Source of the DNA: Tolypothrix carrinoi HA7290-LM1
GTDB taxonomy: Bacteria; Cyanobacteriota; Cyanobacteriia; Cyanobacteriales; Nostocaceae
Reading direction: 5' to 3'
NCBI GenBank assembly: GCA_019358935.1
Contig: JAHHIK010000005.1
Location: forward strand, 1 to 29,905
DNA length: 29,905 bases
Each line of letters opens with the position of its first letter. Positions within the stretch are counted from its first letter, which is position 1. Positions 1-10,172 of this stretch are shown here, piece after piece. The notes under the pieces were generated by a model. That model saw only the letters and a program-made list of their open reading frames with translations, was not told the origin of the DNA and did no database searches. The position numbers and the translations under genes were made by a program.

Positions 1-210
1 AATTCCGGGAATGTAAGCTGTGACTTCAAATCCCGAAGTTAGTCGTACCCTTGCTACTTTACGTAGAGCTGAGTTCGGTTTTTTCGGTGTAGTCGTGTAT
101 ACTCTGGTACAAACGCCTCGACGTTGGGGGCATTGCTTGAGAGCTGGGGACTTGGTTTTCTGACGCGCTTTTTCGCGTTCAGTTCGGATAAGCTGCTGTA
201 TGGTTGGCAT
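1..210 (-). CDS. rpsL: 30S ribosomal protein S12, 5' part; runs off the window edge
   Basis: Manual translation from the ATG at 208-210 gives [70 protein letters not shown], which is the S12 signature. Not present in the ORF track. Confidence 0.98.
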
Positions 211-299
211 GAGTTACAGCGCGTGAAGCTGCTTTAAGGTCTAAGTTTTCAACAAATCCTTATTATATCGTTTTCTGGGGGTTTTGTGTCAAATATTTG

Positions 300-427
300 T
301 TGGGCAATGGGCAATGGGCAATGGGCACGCTCGAATTGGGAATTGGGAATGAGAGATTCTTTCCATGCCCCATGCCCCATGCCCAATGCCCCATGCCCCA
401 TGCCCCATACCCCACTATCCACTATCG
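300..427. repeat. STRR heptamer arrays, (TGGGCAA)n followed by the inverted (TGCCCCA/TGCCCAA)n
   Basis: Tandem 7-mers are directly visible in two opposed orientations between rpsL and iscA. Confidence 0.9.
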
Positions 428-428
428 A

Positions 429-755
429 CTAACTGATAGAGAAGGAATTGCCACAGCCACAGGTAGCGATCGCTCTTTGATTATGAAAACGAAAACCACC
501 GCCCATGAGATCCTCTGAATAATCGAGTATTAAATCGTTGATATAATCTAAGCTGGCAGCGTCTATCAGTATTTGGATGCCGTGACAATCAATTAGGCGA
601 TCGTCATCTTTCACCGTTTCATCAAAAGACATATCATAAAACCACCCCGAACAACCACCGGGTTTGACTGCCAAGCGAACGAAAATATTTGGCGGCAGCT
701 GCTTTGATTTTAATCGCCCGATTTCGCTGACGGCTGATTGACTCAGTTCAATCAT
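429..755 (-). CDS. Iron-sulfur cluster assembly accessory protein, HesB/IscA family
   Basis: GGCSG motif, LDYSEDLMGGGFRF and C-terminal CGCGNSF; 108 aa. Confidence 0.95.
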   Translation of the reverse strand: MIELSQSAVSEIGRLKSKQLPPNIFVRLAVKPGGCSGWFYDMSFDETVKDDDRLIDCHGIQILIDAASLDYINDLILDYSEDLMGGGFRFHNQRAIATCGCGNSFSIS

Positions 756-774
756 AAAATTTACGTTCTTAAAT

Positions 775-807
775 TGAAAACCCCATCTTCATATTACAGA
801 TGGGGTT
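775..807 (-). terminator. Rho-independent terminator-like hairpin
   Basis: AACCCCATCT (779-788) and AGATGGGGTT (798-807) form a perfect 10-bp stem. On the minus strand it ends in GGGGTTTTC. Confidence 0.55.
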
Positions 808-989
808 AGCATTTAAGGCTGCTTTGCAAACCTTTGATATTTTCAATCGCGATTGACACGCCCAGTTAGCAAAGACGTTTTTTTACTCACCGGAATGCGC
901 TATGAACGCCGACACTCACGCACAGCCGCGTCCAGGCTTCCAGGCTGATGAGGGCGACCTGCGAGATATGATAGAAACACAAAGGTGAA

Positions 990-1439
990 TTATCTGCTTT
1001 TGATAGGGGTCTTTGAGTTTTCATCATTAGTGCGGGCGTAGTCGTCTTGGTAGCGCACAATATCATCTTCGCCTAAGTATTCGCCATTTTGGACTTCAAT
1101 CAACACCAAAGGAATGACGCCAGGATTTTCTAGACGATGAGTTGTACATTGAGGTACGTAGGTTGACTGATTATTGCTTAGTACCACTTCGCGATCGCCA
1201 CAAACTACCTTAGCTGTACCAGAAACGACAATCCAGTGTTCGCTGCGGTGATGGTGCAATTGCAAGCTAAGTCGGTGTCCGGGCTTAACTTCGATGCGCT
1301 TGATTTTGTATCCGCGCCCTTCTTCCAAAACCGTGAAAGAACCCCAAGGACGCAACTCGGTTGCAGCAACGCCTCTAGGAGTTCCAGCTGGAGGTATGGG
1401 CAGTGTGTTGATTTGTGTTGTTTCAGAAAATTGAGCCAT
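990..1439 (-). CDS. Cupin domain protein, mannose-6-phosphate isomerase type II C-terminal-like
   Basis: RPWGSF, LSLQLHHHRSEHWIVVSG, HRLENPG and EVQNGEYLGEDDIVRYQDDY. Start placed at MAQ because of an upstream GAGGT; an alternative start is at 1460. Confidence 0.92.
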   Translation of the reverse strand: MAQFSETTQINTLPIPPAGTPRGVAATELRPWGSFTVLEEGRGYKIKRIEVKPGHRLSLQLHHHRSEHWIVVSGTAKVVCGDREVVLSNNQSTYVPQCTTHRLENPGVIPLVLIEVQNGEYLGEDDIVRYQDDYARTNDENSKTPIKSR

Positions 1440-1657
1440 AGTTACCTCATTAGGAGACATGACAAATTGCTTGTACTCTTTACCATTGATGAAAAAATAT
1501 GGCGCAATGTAGCAACCGTGAAAATAAGCAATTCAGTTCACCTTTGCCAAACATAGCAGAACCACATTACATGGTGTAATCGGTAACTACTGAAATTTAT
1601 GTATCTACACCAAGTCTTCATTAAGCAAGAGAAAAGCTTTGACTAACCTTTAAGAAA

Positions 1658-1807
1658 GGGAGTGGGGAGTGGGGGGCAGGGGGCAGGGAGACAAGGGAGA
1701 CAAGGGGGACAAGGGGGACAAGGGGGAAATTCCTCCTCCTTGTCTTCCCCCTCTTCCTTGTCTTCCCCATCCTCCCATCTCCCCATCCCCCACTCTCCCC
1801 CTCTCCC
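1658..1807. repeat. G-rich then C-rich tandem repeat block (GGAGACAAG/GGGACAAGG 9-mers and their inverse)
   Basis: Directly visible 7- and 9-mer tandem units arranged as an imperfect inverted repeat just 3' of the glycosidase gene. Confidence 0.9.
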
Positions 1808-3874
1808 TCATCGGGGTTGGAGAAAAATACCGATTCCGTTGTGGACGCGGGCGGCGGTGTTGGGGGAACGGTCGAGTAGTTGTCCTCCTAAGTACAGGCT
1901 AGTGGAACTACCGCCGTCTAAATTGAGGGCGTTCACACACCCCATACGCTGCATCAATTGGGCGTGTTCTGTCAAGGTGGGACCGGCACCACCTGCGCGA
2001 TTATGCACGGCAGCAATCATTACTGTGCCTGTTGCTGTTGTGCAGATGGCGCTGCGAATCGCTTTTTCGGCAATAAAGGCATCGCTGAATTTTTCGGCTT
2101 TGGCATCGAGGACAATTTGATTATTTTGTACTAATAGCGGTCCTGCGCCAATAATATTGGGGTAACGGCTAAAGTCAACGGGAGTGGTGGCGCTGGAAAT
2201 GCTTAAGCTAGTGCCAATGGGCAATAGATTCGCATTATTGACGGCGTTACCGCGTAAGACTAGCAGGTAGCCATTTTGGGGAATATTGACAGGGATGCTA
2301 GTGTCACCTGCTTTGCCGCCTAAGAATTGATTGGTAACTTGGTTATTTTGGACGACGAGAATGATTTCTTTGTCGGTAAGGAAGGTGTAGGTTCCCCATG
2401 CGGGGGTGTAACGGGCGATACCGCTTTGAACGTAACCACTGTTGACAAATGAAATCGGCAGTTGCTGGTTATTGGAGGTGGTTAAGGTTTCTGCTAAGGT
2501 GAGACGACCAAAGTAAAATTGTCCGGAATCATTCCAAGCGATCGCTCCTCGGTTGAGTATTGGACTAGATAACCATTGATTATCCCGACGAATCGCACCT
2601 AAAGGTAAGCGATTATTGCGGTTAAAATAACCACCATTAATTCCAGCTACGGCTAAGTATTGTTGCGCTGTTTGAATTAAAGGGGCAGTCCCTGTAAGAG
2701 TATTGAGGTTGGTTATTATTGGTTTCAGCTTTAGTCCCACGGTGCGGGGATTAACTTCTAACCAAACAACCGGAAATCGTTCTGTGCCTAAATTGACAAT
2801 CTGCTGTCGCCAGCGCATTCCCTGCGCCCAAGTAATATCTTTGTCTACTAATGCATCGGGGCGAATATCAACGACCAGGCGATCGGGGTTTGGTATAGTA
2901 CTTATCCGGGGCGCTAGACCAAAGGGGACGCTCAAATGAATAATAGTTTGGTTGTTGACCACTTCCACTTGTTGAATAAGTGGTTCTGGGGGCGCTTCCG
3001 GGGTTGTTTCCGGAGTAGGGGCTGGTATTATTACTGGTGGTAATTGTTTGAGAAAATTTGGCAGCTGTAGTGGTGCTGGTGCTGGTGCTGGAGGAGTATA
3101 GCGTTGGGTCAAAATCGGATCGGCGATGCCATCTAAGGTAATTATCCACTCTCTATTTGACAGTGCAGAGGTTTTGGGTGTGACTGTATCGGGGTCGGGT
3201 GGCAGCGCTTTTTTAATTGGTAACTCTTGTCTAATTTGCCAAGCAGTTGGGCGATCTAAATTTACAACGATGCGAGCCTGTTGAAGAGGGGCAACGCCAA
3301 CAGTTGAAGATTGCGGACTTTGACTAATATCTGTTACTTTCGCGGCTGGGGTGGAAATCATTAATGTGTTGCCATTAACTTGCATCTGCCATCGAGATGT
3401 TTTGGCAAAATTAGTCACATCTAAATACCGATATCCTCCTGCCAAGACGCTGGTTAAAACTACTGGCTTTGTCTGAAGCGAAAACCACTGTACTGGCTGT
3501 TTGCTGGGATTGCTGCTATTTAAAAAATCTACTCCAACTAGTTGCCTGAGTGCCCCATCACTTAAATAAGTGCTAAATGAACCAGATTTAGAACGTTTTT
3601 GCAACCAAATACCTGGTAAGGTACGACCATTGAGGAAAATTTGATTACCATAAGAGATCACCCCTGTCAAAGGAGGTGGAGGTAACTGTTGAGTCAAAAC
3701 TGGTGCTAATTTGGTTTCTACCGGAGACTGCTGGGCAAGAGTGGGAAAGGTAGCATATAAGCACAGTACTGTTGAAATGATTGGCGAGACGAAAGTTGGA
3801 AAAAATTTTCTATTGCCCTTATTAGCAATAGCTTTACGGTCTTCGTCTCGGCAAAAATTGAGCATTTTCACCAT
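1808..3874 (-). CDS. Phosphodiester glycosidase family (NAGPA/DUF2233-like) exported protein
   Basis: C-terminal domain has GINGGYF, GAGPLL and ALNLDGGSS. There is a signal-peptide-like segment ending PTLA and a Pro-rich linker. Confidence 0.88.
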   Translation of the reverse strand: MVKMLNFCRDEDRKAIANKGNRKFFPTFVSPIISTVLCLYATFPTLAQQSPVETKLAPVLTQQLPPPPLTGVISYGNQIFLNGRTLPGIWLQKRSKSGSFSTYLSDGALRQLVGVDFLNSSNPSKQPVQWFSLQTKPVVLTSVLAGGYRYLDVTNFAKTSRWQMQVNGNTLMISTPAAKVTDISQSPQSSTVGVAPLQQARIVVNLDRPTAWQIRQELPIKKALPPDPDTVTPKTSALSNREWIITLDGIADPILTQRYTPPAPAPAPLQLPNFLKQLPPVIIPAPTPETTPEAPPEPLIQQVEVVNNQTIIHLSVPFGLAPRISTIPNPDRLVVDIRPDALVDKDITWAQGMRWRQQIVNLGTERFPVVWLEVNPRTVGLKLKPIITNLNTLTGTAPLIQTAQQYLAVAGINGGYFNRNNRLPLGAIRRDNQWLSSPILNRGAIAWNDSGQFYFGRLTLAETLTTSNNQQLPISFVNSGYVQSGIARYTPAWGTYTFLTDKEIILVVQNNQVTNQFLGGKAGDTSIPVNIPQNGYLLVLRGNAVNNANLLPIGTSLSISSATTPVDFSRYPNIIGAGPLLVQNNQIVLDAKAEKFSDAFIAEKAIRSAICTTATGTVMIAAVHNRAGGAGPTLTEHAQLMQRMGCVNALNLDGGSSTSLYLGGQLLDRSPNTAARVHNGIGIFLQPR

Positions 3875-4025
3875 AACTTACTAGGTAATTTGGAAAACTA
3901 TTACGGACAAGATGAATTAACTAATGTTTCTTAATATCAAAAAATCCTGACATCAAGTTTGAACTACAACGTGATAATCTATATGTTGGAGTGTTGTATT
4001 TTATAAAATTAAACGAGTAGTTTAC

Positions 4026-4188
4026 CTACCAAAACCACTGCAATTTCCGTGTGTTGACTAACACTTTAAGCCAACCAGACGATAACAGTAGTCTGGGTGA
4101 TTAAAGTTGAATTTAAGTCTTCCATCCTTACGGATGGTTGCAACTTAAGCGAGGTAGTGGTGGTAGTAACACAGGTGGCAATGGGTAG
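4026..4188 (-). ncRNA. Candidate multi-stem structured RNA of unknown family
   Basis: Nested stems form a three-way junction, with a GTAA (GNRA) tetraloop on the minus strand. See findings. Confidence 0.35.
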
Positions 4189-4610
4189 AAACGCAAAAAT
4201 TTCCATAACAACAAAGATTTAGGAATTGTCAAATGGGCATATAGTGTAATACGCTGCTAAATATTGTTAAATATAAAGAATTTCAGCTTTAAAAACAGTG
4301 AAGCTTTAAAAACCAGTTTTGTTCCAGATCGGTCGAGAAAGACTATACCAAAAAAGTAGCTTTGATTTAAAAACAGCTAATTGAGGAAATACATAGCTTC
4401 ACGATATAAATAAAAGACTGTTGATTCTCCATAAAATAAACACAAAAAAATAACGCGATTAGTTTAACACGGGTGAACCAAAAAATAAACCTGAAGTTAG
4501 ATTTTTTTTTCCTAATTTTAGGTAAGTCTCTATTTTTGCATTTTTAAATGTGAGAAATTTTTTTTCACAGTAGTGACAAAATTCATAACTCAAGTTATCA
4601 GCAATAAAAT

Positions 4611-7600
4611 ATGAATAATCAACCCATGAATCAAGACCAACAAATGACATTTTCGGATACGTCTTCAAGGTGTAACTACCAGGGTCCTCGATGGTTAGTA
4701 GAAGAACGAGATGCTTGTGGTGTGGGCTTTATCGCCCATCGCCTAAACCAAGGTAGCCATGAACTTGTTACCAAAGCTTTAGCTGCTTTGACTTGCTTAG
4801 AACACCGGGGTGGTTGTAGTGCAGACCAAGATTCCGGTGATGGTGCGGGAATATTGACAGCGATTCCTTGGGAGTTGTTCCAAGCTGAGTTTGCCACAAA
4901 AGGTGTGGAACTAACTTCTACCAAAAATATTGCTGTAGGAATGATATTTCTACCGCAAGATATAGAAACAGCGGTTTCATGTAGGGCAAAAGTTGAGCAA
5001 GTGGCAGCAGAGGAAAAATTGACTGTACTGGGCTGGCGAGTAGTGCCGGTGCAATCTAATTTGTTGGGGATACAAGCAAGAGAAAATCAACCCCAAATTG
5101 AACAAGTTTTGCTAGCTTCTGAAGATAAAAGCGGCGATGAATTAGAACGGCAATTATATATTACTCGCCGTCGGATTTTCAAATCTGTAAAACACATTTC
5201 CGAAGATTTGTACATGTGTTCGTTGTCTAGTCGGACAATTGTCTACAAAGGCATGGTGCGTTCTGCTGTGTTGGGAGACTTTTATCTGGATTTAAAAAAT
5301 CCGGCTTATAAAAGTGCATGGGCAGTATATCACCGCCGCTTTAGTACCAACACTATGCCCAAATGGCCCCTAGCGCAACCGATGCGGCTTTTGGGTCACA
5401 ACGGTGAAATTAACACGCTATTGGGTAACATCAATTGGATGATGGCACGAGAAGCCAGCTTGAATCATCCAGTATGGGGCGATCGCCTCGAAGAACTCAA
5501 GCCTTTTGTTCACATCGATAACAGTGACTCAGCGACTTTAGATAACGTAGTTGAGTTATTGGTGCAGTCCGGACGCAGCCCACTGGAAGCATTGATGATT
5601 ATGGTTCCAGAGGCTTACCGCAATCAACCGGATTTAAGTAATTTCCCGGAAATTGTCGATTTTTACGAATACTACAGCGGTCTGCAAGAAGCTTGGGATG
5701 GTCCAGCACTTTTGGTATTCGGTGATGGTCGCAAAGTAGGTGCAACACTTGACCGCAATGGCTTAAGACCAGCTCGTTACTGCATCACCAAAGATGACTA
5801 TATTGTTGTCGCTTCCGAAGCTGGGGTAGTGGACTTACCAGAAGCCGATATTGTCGAGAAAGGCAGACTCGGACCTGGGCAAATGATTGCCGTGGATTTA
5901 GAAAGCCATGAGGTGCTGAAAAATTGGGAAATTAAACAGCGCATCGCTAAACAGCAGCCATATGGAGAATGGTTGCAAAAGTATCGTCAAGATATGAAGT
6001 CGTTGGTCGGTCAATCGTCTGTTAATGGTAATGGCAACGGACATGCAGTCAACGGTAACGGACATTCTACAACCAATAATATAGACAGTCAGGGCGGGGG
6101 AACCTCGTCCCGATTGCAACATCAAATTGCTTTTGGCTACACCACAGAAGATGTAGAAATGGTAATTCAGCCAATGGCAATGGATGGGAAAGAAGCGACT
6201 TTCTGTATGGGGGATGATATACCTCTAGCGGTACTGTCTGAAAAACCCCATTTGCTGTATGACTATTTCAAACAGCGCTTTGCTCAAGTGACAAACCCGG
6301 CAATTGACCCTTTGCGGGAAAGCTTGGTGATGTCGTTGAAAGTAGAATTGGGTGAACGGGGTAATTTATTAGATCCGAAGCCGGAATATGCTAAAAGGCT
6401 GAAGCTAGAATCGCCCGTGTTGAATACAGCAGAGTTAGAAGTTATCAAGCTGTCGGGATTTGCTACGGCTGAGTTGTCAACGCTGTTTGAAATAGCCGCA
6501 GGTCCGAATGGGCTGAAAGCAGCAGTGAAGGCTTTACAAGCACAAGCTGTGGAATCGGTGCGAGCTGGTGCGAAGATTTTAATTCTGAGTGACAAGGTAA
6601 GTGACGGCATCGGTACAGAATACACCTATATTCCGCCTTTGTTGGCGGTGGGTGCGGTACACCATCACTTAATCCATGAAGGATTGCGAATGAAAGCATC
6701 CTTGGTGGTGAATACGGCTCAGTGTTGGAGTACACATCACTTTGCGTGTCTGATAGGCTACGGTGCTGCTGCGGTTTGTCCTTATCTGGCTTTGGAAACT
6801 GTACGCGATTGGTGGTTAGAACCGAAGACGCAAAAGGCTATGGAACGTGGTACAATTACCACTCTCACTTTAGAGCAAGCTTTTGGTAACTATCGCAAAG
6901 CGGTGGAAGCAGGTTTGTTGAAAATTCTCTCGAAGATGGGAATTTCTCTGCTATCGAGTTATCAAGCAGCGCAAATCTTTGAGGCGATCGGCATCGGTCA
7001 AGATTTGTTAGAGTTGGGATTTTATGGTACGACTTCCCGCGTGGGTGGTTTAAGTATCAGCGAACTCGCTACTGAGGTGCTTTCGTTCCACTGTAAGGCT
7101 TTTCCGGAACTGACAACTAAGAAGTTAGAAAATTTAGGTTTTGTGCAGTACCGTCCGGGTGGCGAGTATCACATGAACAGTCCGGAATTGGCAAAAGCGC
7201 TGCATAATGCTGTAGGCTTGGCTAAAGTGAAAGAAAACGGCGCATCGGGCAAAACTGTTTATGACCATTACGAGGTATATAAGAAGTATTTGCAAGAAAG
7301 ACCGATTACGGCTTTGCGTGACTTGCTAGACTTGCAAAGCGATCGCCAACCCATCCCCCTAGAAGAAGTAGAATCTGTAACTGAGATTGTCAAGCGCTTC
7401 TGCACCGGCGGTATGTCTTTAGGTGCTTTATCGCGAGAAGCTCATGAAACTTTGGCGATCGCTATGAACCGAATTGGCGGAAAATCTAATTCTGGGGAAG
7501 GTGGCGAAGACCCGGTACGCTTTAAAGTTCTGGATGATGTGGAAGATGGTAACTCGCCAACTTTACCGCACTTAAAAGGTTTGCAAAATGGCGATACTGC

Positions 7601-9344
7601 CTCAAGTTCCATTAAGCAAGTCGCATCCGGACGCTTTGGGGTAACACCTGGGTATTTGATGAGCGCTAAACAAATCGAAATCAAAATCGCTCAAGGTGCA
7701 AAACCGGGTGAAGGTGGACAACTTCCAGGAACAAAGGTTAGTCCTTACATCGCCATGTTACGCCGTTCTAAGCCTGGAGTAACGCTGATTTCTCCACCCC
7801 CGCATCACGATATTTATTCGATTGAGGATTTGGCGCAGTTAATTTTTGATTTGCACCAAATTAACCCGAAAGCACAGGTATCGGTGAAGCTGGTTGCGGA
7901 AATTGGTATCGGTACAATTGCGGCTGGTGTGGCAAAGGCAAACGCCGATATCATCCAGATTTCCGGTCATGATGGCGGCACGGGCGCATCTCCGTTAAGT
8001 TCGATTAAACACGCGGGTTCTCCGTGGGAACTCGGGTTGAGCGAAGTGCATCGCGTGTTAATGGAAAATAGTTTGCGCGATCGCGTAATTTTGCGCGTTG
8101 ATGGTGGCTTCAAAACTGGTTGGGATGTGGTAATCGGTGCATTGATGGGTGGTGAAGAATTCGGTTTCGGCTCGATTGCCATGATTGCTGAAGGCTGTAT
8201 TATGGCGCGAATATGTCATACCAACAAATGTCCTGTGGGTGTCGCTTCGCAAAAAGAAGAACTGCGTCAACGGTTTACTGGTATGCCAGAACACGTTGTC
8301 AACTTCTTCTATTTTGTTGCGGAAGAAGTGCGAAGTCTGTTAGCACGACTTGGTTATCGAACGCTTTCGGAAATCGTTGGACGTGCCGATTTGTTGAAAC
8401 AGCGAGAAGAGGTTAAGCTGACGAAAACGCGATCGCTAAATCTCGACTGCTTGCTGAAGTTGCCCGACACTAAAGAAAACCGTAGCTGGTTGCAGCATGA
8501 AGAAGTTCATAGCAACGGTGTGGTTTTGGATGACGAATTGTTAGCGGATGCAGATATTCAAGCTGCGATTGACAAGCAATCTACTGTGACGAAAACTTGG
8601 AAAATAGTTAATACAGATAGAACAGTTGGCACCAGATTAGCAGGAGCGATCGCATCGAGATACGGTGACAATAACTTTGCCGGACAAATTAACCTCATTT
8701 TCAAAGGTAGTGTCGGACAAAGCTTTGGTGCATTCAATCTTCCAGGCATGAATTTAATCTTAGAAGGAGAGGCAAACGATTATGTAGGTAAGGGAATGCA
8801 CGGTGGTGAAATCATTATTAAACCCCCGGCTACTGCTAACTATGACCCAGCACAAAACGTGATAGTTGGCAATACCTGCCTTTATGGTGCTACCGGTGGA
8901 GTATTGTTTGCCAACGGTTTAGCAGGAGAACGCTTTGCGGTGCGTAATTCTAAAGGTACAGCAGTAATTGAAGGTGCAGGCGATCACTGCTGCGAGTACA
9001 TGACTGGTGGTGTAATTGTCGTCTTGGGTAAAGTTGGACGCAACGTCGCTGCGGGGATGACTGGTGGATTAGCGTATTTCTTAGATGAAGAGGGTGGATT
9101 TCCTGAGTTAGTTAATCGGGAAATCGTCAAACTTCAGCGAGTGATTACCGAAGCTGGTGAAAAGCAACTGCAAGAATTAATCAAAGCACATGGCGATCGC
9201 ACTAATTCACCAAAAGCGAAGATGATTTTGCAAAACTGGCAAGAATTCTTACCCAAGTTTTGGCAGTTGGTTCCCCCTTCTGAAGCTGATAGTCCAGAGG
9301 CAAATCCCCAGTTTGTTGCCGAAAAACAACTGAGTTCAGTTTAG
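4611..9344 (+). CDS. glsF: Ferredoxin-dependent glutamate synthase (Fd-GOGAT, GltB-like)
   Basis: ERDACGVGF amidotransferase N-terminus, [18 protein letters not shown] domain ([29 protein letters not shown]), the 3Fe-4S motif [12 protein letters not shown] and a GXGXG domain. No gltD follows. Confidence 0.96.
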   Translation: MNNQPMNQDQQMTFSDTSSRCNYQGPRWLVEERDACGVGFIAHRLNQGSHELVTKALAALTCLEHRGGCSADQDSGDGAGILTAIPWELFQAEFATKGVELTSTKNIAVGMIFLPQDIETAVSCRAKVEQVAAEEKLTVLGWRVVPVQSNLLGIQARENQPQIEQVLLASEDKSGDELERQLYITRRRIFKSVKHISEDLYMCSLSSRTIVYKGMVRSAVLGDFYLDLKNPAYKSAWAVYHRRFSTNTMPKWPLAQPMRLLGHNGEINTLLGNINWMMAREASLNHPVWGDRLEELKPFVHIDNSDSATLDNVVELLVQSGRSPLEALMIMVPEAYRNQPDLSNFPEIVDFYEYYSGLQEAWDGPALLVFGDGRKVGATLDRNGLRPARYCITKDDYIVVASEAGVVDLPEADIVEKGRLGPGQMIAVDLESHEVLKNWEIKQRIAKQQPYGEWLQKYRQDMKSLVGQSSVNGNGNGHAVNGNGHSTTNNIDSQGGGTSSRLQHQIAFGYTTEDVEMVIQPMAMDGKEATFCMGDDIPLAVLSEKPHLLYDYFKQRFAQVTNPAIDPLRESLVMSLKVELGERGNLLDPKPEYAKRLKLESPVLNTAELEVIKLSGFATAELSTLFEIAAGPNGLKAAVKALQAQAVESVRAGAKILILSDKVSDGIGTEYTYIPPLLAVGAVHHHLIHEGLRMKASLVVNTAQCWSTHHFACLIGYGAAAVCPYLALETVRDWWLEPKTQKAMERGTITTLTLEQAFGNYRKAVEAGLLKILSKMGISLLSSYQAAQIFEAIGIGQDLLELGFYGTTSRVGGLSISELATEVLSFHCKAFPELTTKKLENLGFVQYRPGGEYHMNSPELAKALHNAVGLAKVKENGASGKTVYDHYEVYKKYLQERPITALRDLLDLQSDRQPIPLEEVESVTEIVKRFCTGGMSLGALSREAHETLAIAMNRIGGKSNSGEGGEDPVRFKVLDDVEDGNSPTLPHLKGLQNGDTASSSIKQVASGRFGVTPGYLMSAKQIEIKIAQGAKPGEGGQLPGTKVSPYIAMLRRSKPGVTLISPPPHHDIYSIEDLAQLIFDLHQINPKAQVSVKLVAEIGIGTIAAGVAKANADIIQISGHDGGTGASPLSSIKHAGSPWELGLSEVHRVLMENSLRDRVILRVDGGFKTGWDVVIGALMGGEEFGFGSIAMIAEGCIMARICHTNKCPVGVASQKEELRQRFTGMPEHVVNFFYFVAEEVRSLLARLGYRTLSEIVGRADLLKQREEVKLTKTRSLNLDCLLKLPDTKENRSWLQHEEVHSNGVVLDDELLADADIQAAIDKQSTVTKTWKIVNTDRTVGTRLAGAIASRYGDNNFAGQINLIFKGSVGQSFGAFNLPGMNLILEGEANDYVGKGMHGGEIIIKPPATANYDPAQNVIVGNTCLYGATGGVLFANGLAGERFAVRNSKGTAVIEGAGDHCCEYMTGGVIVVLGKVGRNVAAGMTGGLAYFLDEEGGFPELVNREIVKLQRVITEAGEKQLQELIKAHGDRTNSPKAKMILQNWQEFLPKFWQLVPPSEADSPEANPQFVAEKQLSSV

Positions 9345-9369
9345 TTTTTTGTAGAGACGTAAGTAGGTT

Positions 9370-9402
9370 AGATTCCCGACTTCTTTAAGAAGTCGGGAAT
9401 CT
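9370..9402. repeat. 33-bp REP-like palindrome, possibly also acting as the glsF terminator
   Basis: AGATTCCCGACTTCT-TTA-AGAAGTCGGGAATCT, perfect 15-bp arms. Confidence 0.85.
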
Positions 9403-9644
9403 GAACACTATCAACAAACCATCAGCTAAAAATCTATTGAAGTCCCTAAAATTTTTCAAAACTTAGAGCGCAGTTTTAGTGTTACTTTACTACGTTGCTA
9501 ATCTTATTGACCTATTGTTGTGCTTGATAATTTTAATTAAAAACACTCCTGTAATAGCTCCGTTGAGCATACCAAATAATAACCTAAAAACGAATACTTA
9601 TACAACAAAAACGACAGAAAAAGGCTCCATTATAGTTCAGCAAT

Positions 9645-10004
9645 TTATGAACGCCAGCGAAATACCTTTCTCATTATAAATATAGCTATACTTGCACCTA
9701 TTGCCCCTAGCATACCCGGAATGAAAAATCCACTTAAATCTTGATGAAAATCAATAATTACTTTAAGTATTTCATTTGGATTTTTAAGTGAATCTCCAGG
9801 AGGAAAAATATTAAAGATTACTATAGCTTCATACCCTCCTATAGCCCCAATTAATAGTCTAAATATTTCAATAAAGAAATTGCTTTTCCTTGTGATCATT
9901 AGAGTAGCTATCCCAGCGAAAGCTCCTCCAGAACAACATACTCCAATTATTATTGCGAGCAATATTAACAACGTTTTATTGTCTGGCTCCCACATAATAT
10001 TCAA
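9645..10004 (-). CDS. Hypothetical AT-rich membrane protein, probably truncated or decaying
   Basis: Three Gly-rich hydrophobic segments. A hydrophobic continuation is present in another frame down to 9490. Confidence 0.45.
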   Translation of the reverse strand: MNIMWEPDNKTLLILLAIIIGVCCSGGAFAGIATLMITRKSNFFIEIFRLLIGAIGGYEAIVIFNIFPPGDSLKNPNEILKVIIDFHQDLSGFFIPGMLGAIGASIAIFIMRKVFRWRS

Positions 10005-10057
10005 TTATTACTGAGTATAAAATTTTTTCCAGTTAAAAACATTATTGATTATCTACA

Positions 10058-10135
10058 GTAGGGTGCGTTAGCGTTTGGCATAATGCACCAAAACATAAAG
10101 GCTGGTGCCGTACTCTCGTCGATAACACACCCTAC
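10058..10135. repeat. GTAG-family REP doublet (REPIN-like)
   Basis: Begins GTAGGGTGCGTTA and ends TAACACACCCTAC (inverted), with two internal imperfect hairpins. Confidence 0.8.
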
Positions 10136-10172
10136 ACATTAATGTCACTTACTTAAAGAAAAGTTGCTCTTC

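Noticed and set aside
297..518. ORF with CPMPHA repeats, and similar ORFs at 27462-27894
   Set aside because: These are translations of heptamer STRR arrays that overlap real genes; there is no protein signal.
860..915. tRNA-like start GGCGTTCATAGCGCATTCCGGT on the minus strand
   Set aside because: No anticodon arm, TTC loop or acceptor-stem complement follows.
1662..2120. Collagen-like or Gly/Ser-rich ORFs (GDKGDK, GGQGGQ), and similar ones at 28701-29009 and the N-terminal extension of 28868-29464
   Set aside because: They are translated 9- and 18-mer DNA repeats, open in several frames.
4067..4126. 19-aa minus-strand ORF MEDLNSTLITQTTVIVWLA inside the RNA candidate
   Set aside because: No properly spaced ribosome-binding site, too short to support, and the ATG is buried in a stem.
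4676..8749. Multiple short antisense or alternate-frame ORFs inside glutamate synthase, and similar ones inside dxr, the deacetylase, GT2, CHAT and DinG genes
   Set aside because: They are shadow ORFs of long, well-supported genes.
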